Below, piece by piece: positions 38,224 to 45,468 of a stretch of 53,773 nucleotides of DNA; the stretch's first letter is position 1, and each line of letters starts with the position of its first letter. The notes under the pieces were generated by a model, which ran no database searches, was not told the DNA's origin, and worked only from the letters and a program-made list of their open reading frames with translations. This stretch comes from a virus (lineage: Duplodnaviria > Caudoviricetes), in IMG/VR virus record IMGVR_UViG_3300020596_000028, positions 1 to 53,773 of that record, one strand, 5' to 3'. The position numbers and the translations under genes are program-made.

Positions 38224-38942
38224 TAGCCCTCCACCTGAGCGTTTCCAGTTCCTAAAAGGTAAATTCTAAATGCGATTCCGACTTGTGTCGGCAACGTGAG
38301 AATATTTGTTCCTTTGTCTCTCATAAACACGCGGAGTGTATCGCCGACCTCAAAGTTTAAAGGAAGAAGATAGTTTGTCTTATTTGCTTTTCTCTTATTA
38401 CGAATCGCCCATGTGAATATTTTCATCGCAGGTCCGTTTCCGTTTTTGTAACATTCAACGTCCATATCGATATCAATGTTTGTACTCATGGTGATTGCAA
38501 GTGCTCGACAACGAACAGGGATCACCATCGGAATTAAGTTTGAAGAGAGAGCATTCGATCCGTTTCCAAGCCATTTATTTGACGTGACTCCATCTGAAAT
38601 GAAATCAATTACTCCCATTTTTCCAACTGTTGAGTTTAAAATAATCTCTTCTATGAATGAATCCATGTTTCTAGAAACAACGTCAGGGTTAGAAGACTTG
38701 TACCAAACTTGGTCAGCAAGAGTATCGCATTGAAGAAACTTTAAACCGTCTGCGACGTTCGTAATGTCATCAGTGCCGTCATTCATCACAGCAATCTGAT
38801 TATTGACGTGAGCAGATACGATCGGATTATTCGACCAGATCTGGTATTCATTCGGAGGAATAACATAATACTCTCCAGGCATGACCAGAGTTCCGCACCA
38901 AGTCTGATTCACTAGAGTTGCATTCTTAATTTTTTTAATCAT
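38223..38942 (-). CDS. Putative head-decoration/fibre protein (paralog)
   Basis: Shares its N-domain with 37579 and 38939, and its C-domain with 38939 and 39667. Confidence 0.65.
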   Translation of the reverse strand: MIKKIKNATLVNQTWCGTLVMPGEYYVIPPNEYQIWSNNPIVSAHVNNQIAVMNDGTDDITNVADGLKFLQCDTLADQVWYKSSNPDVVSRNMDSFIEEIILNSTVGKMGVIDFISDGVTSNKWLGNGSNALSSNLIPMVIPVRCRALAITMSTNIDIDMDVECYKNGNGPAMKIFTWAIRNKRKANKTNYLLPLNFEVGDTLRVFMRDKGTNILTLPTQVGIAFRIYLLGTGNAQVEG

Positions 38943-39664
38943 GTGACAGATCCTCCTACTCCTGCGGTTTCAGAGGTCACGTAGAAAAACGCTGTGATCA
39001 TAGACTTACTAGGATTAATCAAAGAAGTGCGGCGACCAAAGATTCCAAACTGATCCCCTGGAGAAAACTGAAGAGCAGGAGTCGTATTGACTAAATTCAT
39101 ATCAAATAAGTAGGCGTGTTTCTTGAGTGACACAGGCCAGGTGTAAACTAAATTTCCAGATTCTTTTCCGTTCTTATAAAGTTCAACGTTGATTGAAGAA
39201 CTTGATGCGTCGTTCACAAATGTGAGACCAATAAGTTTAGCTGCAAACGGAAGAATGAGCGGAGCGACATCCATGGTGAGCGCGTTCTCATGCCGCCGCA
39301 TCCACTGATTAGAGAGTGAAGAGGTTCGCATGCTCTCCACCATGATAATTCGTCCTGACACCATGACTGAAACCGCTTCATTAATTGCGGATCGAATATC
39401 GTTGGAAAGAAAGTTGGTTCCCGTTTTTAAAAATCGCCCCTCACTCGCATCGAGCTTCAGGACTAAAGCTGCGTCAGCGGCTGAAAGATTGGTGGCTCCA
39501 TCATTCACTACGGCACTTAGACCTGTCAGATCCGTGAGAAATAAAGTGTCTGACAAGAGTCTCAGTCGATCGACTTCTTGAATGGCGTACTGAGAAGCGG
39601 CTTCAATTTGAATCCCCCCCCACACCTTAACTGATCCTGTCGTATTTTTTAAAATGAGTGACAT
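38939..39664 (-). CDS. Putative head-decoration/fibre protein (paralog)
   Basis: Same modular sharing; SNDIRSAINEA coiled motif. Confidence 0.65.
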   Translation of the reverse strand: MSLILKNTTGSVKVWGGIQIEAASQYAIQEVDRLRLLSDTLFLTDLTGLSAVVNDGATNLSAADAALVLKLDASEGRFLKTGTNFLSNDIRSAINEAVSVMVSGRIIMVESMRTSSLSNQWMRRHENALTMDVAPLILPFAAKLIGLTFVNDASSSSINVELYKNGKESGNLVYTWPVSLKKHAYLFDMNLVNTTPALQFSPGDQFGIFGRRTSLINPSKSMITAFFYVTSETAGVGGSVT

Positions 39665-39666
39665 GG

Positions 39667-40122
39667 TTAAACCGTCCTAATGCAGATTGCTAGTGTCGGT
39701 CGATTGATCGTTCCTGAAGTGACTTTAAGCGAAATCTCATCTAAATCAATATAAGCAATCGAAAGCCCTTTCACTCTCGCTTTGCGATTGCCAGAAAGAG
39801 AAATCGTTGTCGATTCAACCCCATTATTAAACAACGTGACTGTTCCAGTTGAGTTCGTCGAAGCACTCAGTGAAAGAGAAATGAGTTCTGAAGGCTCAGG
39901 AATAATGAGCGGGTTGAGGTTAGAAGGATTGTTTGTGAAGAATTCAAGCCATCTCCCCACCCCTGCCGATCCGTCAAACCCGCACATTACCGCACCTCGC
40001 GAAACTAGCTTCGCGAGTGCTAACGCTTCTTCAATTGCTGCTTGAACTTCAGTCGAGGTGAACCCGTTGGCCCGATCAGGCGGAGATTTAAACTCAATGC
40101 TGTCCGCGTTTAGTCTTCCCAT
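39667..40122 (-). CDS. Putative head fibre protein (151 aa)
   Basis: GFTSTEVQAAIEEA motif; C-domain shared with the downstream paralogs. Confidence 0.65.
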   Translation of the reverse strand: MGRLNADSIEFKSPPDRANGFTSTEVQAAIEEALALAKLVSRGAVMCGFDGSAGVGRWLEFFTNNPSNLNPLIIPEPSELISLSLSASTNSTGTVTLFNNGVESTTISLSGNRKARVKGLSIAYIDLDEISLKVTSGTINRPTLAICIRTV

Positions 40123-40155
40123 GGATTCACCTCAACCCTAAGTTTCAAAAATCGA

Positions 40156-41433
40156 TTACATGTCTACGTTATCAGTTGCTTTTCTGTAATCGATATCGAG
40201 CTCTTCATCCTGCTGAGGAGCTTTATTCATTCGGTTGCGTTCGTTGGTTTTGATGTGGAAACTGACCCACTTGTATCCAGTCGAAGCAATGTTATTGAGG
40301 TACACTTGCTCAAGCTCAGCATAGTCTCCTGTGCCGTCATCGAGTCCACCTGTCAAAGCAGAAGGACCAAACGTTGCGACTACTCCTGATCCGTTTCCGC
40401 CGTATTTGGCTTGGACAATCCTTTGAGCTGTAGAATCAGAGTTAATAGCTCCAGCGATATCAGCAGCAGTAGCAAGACCACCATTGTTATTGACCTTTAC
40501 CAAATACCCGGCCGATGAACTTCCGGTGATGAGCACAGTGAGGCCTGCCCCGGTTTGAACTTGGATGTCGGTCTCATTGCCGAGTAGTCCTAAGATCATC
40601 GAAGTGAGAATCAACTGAGCATTGCCAGCTCCTTGAGTAAGGGAGGCACGAGTTCCTGCGGTACCGCGACGTTTTCTCACCCCATCAATCAACACCTTGC
40701 TCGAGTTCTGAACGAACAGCAATTGACTCATGAAAGCCAAGTGAGATCCGTTTGCAGCGGCAAGCTGTTCGCCTTCAACGGGACGATCAATCTCGTCAAT
40801 GCGAGACTCAGTTCGCTCCACCATTTGCTGAAGCGTGATGCTTGTGGCTTCTAGGAATGGATTAGTTGCGCTTGAGGTATCAATCAGAGCGTTGATGACT
40901 ACTGTGGAACGATTGTTCACAGCATCCGCATTCGGGTTCACGGACTCAATGACTTGAGCCGAAGACACAATGCCTTCATCAGCTAGAACGTCTACCGTAT
41001 CGCCTGCTCGAAAAGAGCGAACGTTAGCGACGTAGAAGGTCGTCTTTCCAGCCGAAGGCGTGTTCATCGCAGAAGTGATGATCGTTTCTTTTCGGGTGAA
41101 CTTGACGTTGCCCTTGAGTACTCGGCGATAGAGTCGGTCCATGGCAGATTGACCATCGTCAATTTGCTGGACTTGGATCATCGGAGTTCCGACAGCTCCA
41201 GTTGTATCTACGGCGCTTGAAAGCACTACAGCGACGTTGTCATCAATCGCAGAGATGGTCAGGTTGTCGGCCAAAACGGAAAGGATATTTCCGTTTGCAT
41301 CGACATCCACCACATCGACGATATCGCCGAATTCAAAGTAGCCAGTAAAGTCAACTGCCTGCCTGTCATCATTGATCGGGCTGGTACAGGTAACCCGCGC
41401 CTCGAATAAAGTCCTAATCAGATTGCCTTGCAT
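40156..41433 (-). CDS. Virion structural protein (425 aa) with the shared insertion domain
   Basis: C-domain homologous to 41472..41924 (DY.E...R.N.APQQ.E.L..Y.K), interrupted at 40345..40656. Confidence 0.7.
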   Translation of the reverse strand: MQGNLIRTLFEARVTCTSPINDDRQAVDFTGYFEFGDIVDVVDVDANGNILSVLADNLTISAIDDNVAVVLSSAVDTTGAVGTPMIQVQQIDDGQSAMDRLYRRVLKGNVKFTRKETIITSAMNTPSAGKTTFYVANVRSFRAGDTVDVLADEGIVSSAQVIESVNPNADAVNNRSTVVINALIDTSSATNPFLEATSITLQQMVERTESRIDEIDRPVEGEQLAAANGSHLAFMSQLLFVQNSSKVLIDGVRKRRGTAGTRASLTQGAGNAQLILTSMILGLLGNETDIQVQTGAGLTVLITGSSSAGYLVKVNNNGGLATAADIAGAINSDSTAQRIVQAKYGGNGSGVVATFGPSALTGGLDDGTGDYAELEQVYLNNIASTGYKWVSFHIKTNERNRMNKAPQQDEELDIDYRKATDNVDM

Positions 41434-41471
41434 ATGAAATCCTCCACGGTTTCAAGTTGCGAGTCACTGGT

Positions 41472-41924
41472 TCAACTTCCGCCCTTGGTATTGAATGTGA
41501 TTCGTTTATTATAATTTACTTCCAAACCTTCGCCCTGTTGCGGAGCTCTGTTTAGTCTATAGCGGTCTTGCGGATCTACTAAAACTGTAAAGCCTTGAAA
41601 GTCTAAGTGTTCAATGTAATCCACTGCCGGAATTAATTTCATTCCTGACAGAAAAACTTCGAGTGAATCTGGGATGAATTCGAACTCAGTTTCGTACTCA
41701 AGATTAACATTGTTTTTAGTTCCAACTGGCACTTCACTTTTAATTGGAATGCCAAGTTGACTGAAGTAACTCTCGAGCGCTGACTGAACGTTCTTCTGAT
41801 CGATGTCAGTGATCGTCGCAGGCAGGACGCCATTCGTATACGCGATCTGGAACTGAATATCCCTTGCCGGGTGAATCAGCTCCGCGTGTAAGGTATGGAT
41901 TTCAGACTCGCACCCACATGCCAT
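41472..41924 (-). CDS. Virion structural protein (150 aa)
   Basis: NVQSALE motif plus EVPVG.KN.VN..Y.T...F...SLEVFL.G domain. Confidence 0.7.
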   Translation of the reverse strand: MACGCESEIHTLHAELIHPARDIQFQIAYTNGVLPATITDIDQKNVQSALESYFSQLGIPIKSEVPVGTKNNVNLEYETEFEFIPDSLEVFLSGMKLIPAVDYIEHLDFQGFTVLVDPQDRYRLNRAPQQGEGLEVNYNKRITFNTKGGS

Positions 41925-42523
41925 TAACTCACCAGAGTATCCTGCACTTCATCCAAAGTGAATGGATCGACTGCTAAATAAGAAAACGTTCTAACCAATT
42001 TCAAAGTGAGTCCTGAGTCTGCATTCACGGATTCAGAAGTGAACTCGATCATCACAATTCTCTGAACACCGTCAATTTCTGACCACGTGAACTTCTTTAG
42101 AACGTCATCCGAGCATTCGATATCCTCTTTGAGAGTGCTTGTTTGGCCATCTCCACCACCGCCGCCCCCACCACTGAGAGCATTGTCGGCACACGTAACC
42201 CCTAATGAAATCTCTGCTGATCCGTTCTGAACTTCGATCTCAACTTCAAACTGATTATGAAAATCAGACAGGGCTCGCATCGTATAGCCGAGTGATTCAG
42301 TTGTGATGGTGATCCGATTATTATAGGGAAGGCTTTGATCAAAGGTATTCCGAATATGAACGATGACCGTCGCACCTGGATCAATGGACTTCACGTAGAG
42401 TGAGAACACTAACCTAGAGCCTTCAGCTACGGCAAAGTAACTTAAGTTCGTGCCTGTGAGTACGCCTCTGAAAAGATTAATCGTCGCGTAAAGTTTGAGA
42501 AATGGCTTGGTGGCAGCACTCAT
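41924..42523 (-). CDS. Hypothetical structural protein (199 aa, Gly linker)
   Basis: Coupled ORF in the head operon; two domains joined by SGGGGGGDG. Confidence 0.65.
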   Translation of the reverse strand: MSAATKPFLKLYATINLFRGVLTGTNLSYFAVAEGSRLVFSLYVKSIDPGATVIVHIRNTFDQSLPYNNRITITTESLGYTMRALSDFHNQFEVEIEVQNGSAEISLGVTCADNALSGGGGGGGDGQTSTLKEDIECSDDVLKKFTWSEIDGVQRIVMIEFTSESVNADSGLTLKLVRTFSYLAVDPFTLDEVQDTLVS

Positions 42524-42802
42524 TTATTTACGTTTCGTTTTCGTGGTGGTTTTAAGTAACTTGTTCTCTTTAGGTTTATACGCCGGATAGTCCTCGACGA
42601 ACTCAAGGGTCCCTTCATACTGTTTCATGAACCCTTCGATGAGAGAAGCGGGAGACTCGATATTGATGATCTGCCCATTTTTAAAAGCCTTTTTTGATCT
42701 AAGTACCTGAGCTGCGAGCCTACCGTTTCCAACGACTTTGATCTTGTATTGCATAAGGTCCATACTCCGAATGTAAAAAGGGGCAGGGTGGATCAGTTCC
42801 AC
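42524..42802 (-). CDS. Small post-capsid protein (true start probably downstream, e.g. MDLMQYK)
   Basis: Follows the MCP gene; basic tail KPKENKLLK...KRK. Confidence 0.6.
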   Translation of the reverse strand: MELIHPAPFYIRSMDLMQYKIKVVGNGRLAAQVLRSKKAFKNGQIINIESPASLIEGFMKQYEGTLEFVEDYPAYKPKENKLLKTTTKTKRK

Positions 42803-42846
42803 CCCACCCCCTATATTACACTCTTTGAAGCTTCAACCTCGATCTA

Positions 42847-44238
42847 TTACAGACCGATGTTGATGATCATTGCAGCTGAAGACTCAGTTGCATAGTTGCT
42901 TCCATCAGACTTAAGAACTGCTTGGAAAGCTTTACGTTGAAAGCTAACCATGTCGAGAACGTCGTACTGAGTACGATTCTTTTCAACAAGCAATTGGATC
43001 GGGCGACGAGCACCGACGAACCAACGCTTACGGTTCACAAGCATCAAGCTGCCTTGAGTGTTGTTACCAGCAGTGGAAGTATTCTTTCCAGTGCTAGCAG
43101 TGTCTTCACGAAGGTACTCGGACACGATAACTGGTGCGCCTTCGTACTTTGCCAACTCTCCGGAAAGGACAGTTGCGGCTGGTCCGTATTGTTCGATCGT
43201 ACGAACATCGTCCAGGTTTAACATTTGGAAGTACACTTTCGGAGAAGAGATCCAAGCCAATTGACTTGGGTCTACGCCGAATTTGCCCATCTTAGCGCGG
43301 CACTGAGAAGTCTCAGTTTCGCTCACAGCGTTGTCGCCAGCATCAACAACTGACGAAAGAGCAGTCAGTGCATGAGCAGCCAAAACGCGTTTGCGGATAC
43401 CGTCGAAGAAGTATTCAGGGCTATCAGTTACACCGCTCACCAACGTGCCACCAGCAACGTCAGGAAGTTGTGAGAAGTGATGCAATGAACCAGCAGTGTC
43501 GCCTTCAAGGATCGCAATTTCCATTGCTTTTTCTTGACCTTCAACGAGCTCGCCGCGGATGGCTTTCACCATATCGACAGCAGAGTCTTCGTTAAGTTCT
43601 TCAGGAAGAGCATATTGATTAGTCATTTTCACAGATTCAAAAAGGATCGTTTTGTCCGTTTTGAAAACTTGTGGAGTGGAAAGAGCTGAAACTTCGCCAA
43701 CTTTACGAGCGATCGCGCCGTTGGTGAGTACAGGCCAGCGATAAGGATCGCTAGGCATTTTCACTTCCATGAACAATCCAGAAACTTTGCGCTCCAAATT
43801 GAACTCGTCAATGTATGAGCTGGAAACCATTTCAGGAATCCATTCAAAGCCGTTGTCGCCAGAATCAATACCGAAAGCTTTCAAATGAAAATCAAATTCT
43901 TCATTGAAGTATTTCAATTCTTTGATTGGTTTTTTGAAGATCATCGAAGAAAGAACGCATACGTCGATGGCTTCTTTTAGGCTCTTAACCTTTTCTTTGT
44001 CTTCGCGAGTTAGGTACGAATACTTGCGATCAGCAGTGTTGACGTCAGCAAGTTGTGCGAAAGATTTCACACCCCAGTTGCGGAGCAACTTCTTAGCAGA
44101 CTCAGGCATCACGCCTTTGGTCTGAGAAGGAAGTGGGGTTTTTCCACCTTGATTAACAGCCTGAAGGCGTTTAGCTTCTTGTGCCTTCAAGCGTTCACGA
44201 GCGAGCTTGAGTAATTCCTTGGTTTCCATTGATTTCAT
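42847..44238 (-). CDS. Major capsid protein, HK97 fold
   Basis: WIPEMVS..YI...P....A..VGE...EELNEDS...E.AILEGD...FDGI...G.P V; AAGGAG RBS; follows the protease. Confidence 0.93.
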   Translation of the reverse strand: MKSMETKELLKLARERLKAQEAKRLQAVNQGGKTPLPSQTKGVMPESAKKLLRNWGVKSFAQLADVNTADRKYSYLTREDKEKVKSLKEAIDVCVLSSMIFKKPIKELKYFNEEFDFHLKAFGIDSGDNGFEWIPEMVSSSYIDEFNLERKVSGLFMEVKMPSDPYRWPVLTNGAIARKVGEVSALSTPQVFKTDKTILFESVKMTNQYALPEELNEDSAVDMVKAIRGELVEGQEKAMEIAILEGDTAGSLHHFSQLPDVAGGTLVSGVTDSPEYFFDGIRKRVLAAHALTALSSVVDAGDNAVSETETSQCRAKMGKFGVDPSQLAWISSPKVYFQMLNLDDVRTIEQYGPAATVLSGELAKYEGAPVIVSEYLREDTASTGKNTSTAGNNTQGSLMLVNRKRWFVGARRPIQLLVEKNRTQYDVLDMVSFQRKAFQAVLKSDGSNYATESSAAMIINIGL

Positions 44239-44285
44239 TCTCCTTGTTTACGTTTGAAGTGTAACCAAACACCTTCCACGTTTTA

Positions 44286-44296
44286 TATTTACGCCG
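44286..44296 (-). promoter_or_regulatory. Candidate late promoter CGGCGTAAATA
   Basis: Intergenic, upstream of the MCP gene. Confidence 0.6.
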
Positions 44297-44302
44297 AAAG
44301 GT

Positions 44303-45352
44303 TTAGACCTGTTCAGCAGCTTCCAACTGTTCAGTGATTGCCAAAAGTTCAGCTTCTGCTTCGTCTTCAGACAATTCAGCAACATCTTTTTCACCATCGG
44401 ATTCGCCAGCTTTAGCAGGATCTTCAGATGATTCCATTTCCAACGCTTTGCAGATCTTGGAGCAATTCTCTTCGATCGATTTGAGGGAGGTGCTCATTGC
44501 TTCGAGCTTTTCCATCATCTTAGCGTACTTGTCTTCGCCTTCAGCTTGAGCAGCAGCAGGAGCAGCTGGATCAGCGGCAGGAGTGGTTGGAGCTCCTTCT
44601 TGTTTAGCAGCATCTACTACGGCAGCTGCGGGAGCAGCATTCTTGGTCACAGTTGTTTGGACTTTCATTTCGTCGCTTCCTTTCATGGTCTTGAGTTCTG
44701 CCACCAGAGCACCGATGCCTGACATGGCTTCTGTAAATTGAGCCATAACCGTTTTGAGGTCAGCGACGCTATGGCCCTTGCCGTCTCCGCCTTCAGCACT
44801 TGCTTCACTCTCGTTCTCATCCGCAACCGGAAGAGCTTCTGGAGCTGATTCACCGCTCACGCCGAATAGGGCTTGAGCATTGGCTGGAATTGTAACGACA
44901 GAGATCTCAAGTAACTCGAGTTCTTTGATGACTTTGATTTCTTTTTGGCTGTCGAACTCAGATAAAAGTTCGTTGTAACCAATTGAAAAAGTCTTCAAGA
45001 TGCCTTCAGAAATCTTAGTACGATAGTCTTCGCAGTCTTTCGCATTAGAGATCTGAGCTTTCACCCAAAGACCTTTGTTGGTAATCTTAGCTTCGATCAC
45101 TTTACCCATCGGCTTATCCCAATCATGCATGTACAGAAGCATGGCATTCTGCATGAACATGGGGAGATTTTTTTCGAAAGCCGAAGGCAACACGCTCTCC
45201 ATTACTCGATCCACGCTAACAGTGTTAGCGTAACCTTCGATGAACAAACTTCCGTCTGCTGCTTTCGTAATAGTCTTTTTGTCGAAGGCGATTGAGCAAC
45301 TCAGCGTCTTCATCCGAGTTCGATCCGGACGCTTATAAGCTTTGATTTTCAT
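44303..45352 (-). CDS. HK97-family prohead protease with C-terminal scaffold-like extension
   Basis: IEGYAN...DR..E.V...AF...LLYMHD...G...GLWV...FSIGY...LLEISVVTIPAN. Confidence 0.95.
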   Translation of the reverse strand: MKIKAYKRPDRTRMKTLSCSIAFDKKTITKAADGSLFIEGYANTVSVDRVMESVLPSAFEKNLPMFMQNAMLLYMHDWDKPMGKVIEAKITNKGLWVKAQISNAKDCEDYRTKISEGILKTFSIGYNELLSEFDSQKEIKVIKELELLEISVVTIPANAQALFGVSGESAPEALPVADENESEASAEGGDGKGHSVADLKTVMAQFTEAMSGIGALVAELKTMKGSDEMKVQTTVTKNAAPAAAVVDAAKQEGAPTTPAADPAAPAAAQAEGEDKYAKMMEKLEAMSTSLKSIEENCSKICKALEMESSEDPAKAGESDGEKDVAELSEDEAEAELLAITEQLEAAEQV

Positions 45353-45372
45353 GTTCGTGTAACCTCATTGAG

Positions 45373-45383
45373 TATTTACTCCG
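45373..45383 (-). promoter_or_regulatory. Candidate late promoter CGGAGTAAATA
   Basis: Intergenic, upstream of the protease gene. Confidence 0.6.
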
Positions 45384-45468
45384 TTACTAGAAGTGTGGTT
45401 TATAACTGGCCCTCCATGGCCATGTGTACGGGACCCGCCACAGTGAGCCTCCATGCTCCCGATCCGGT

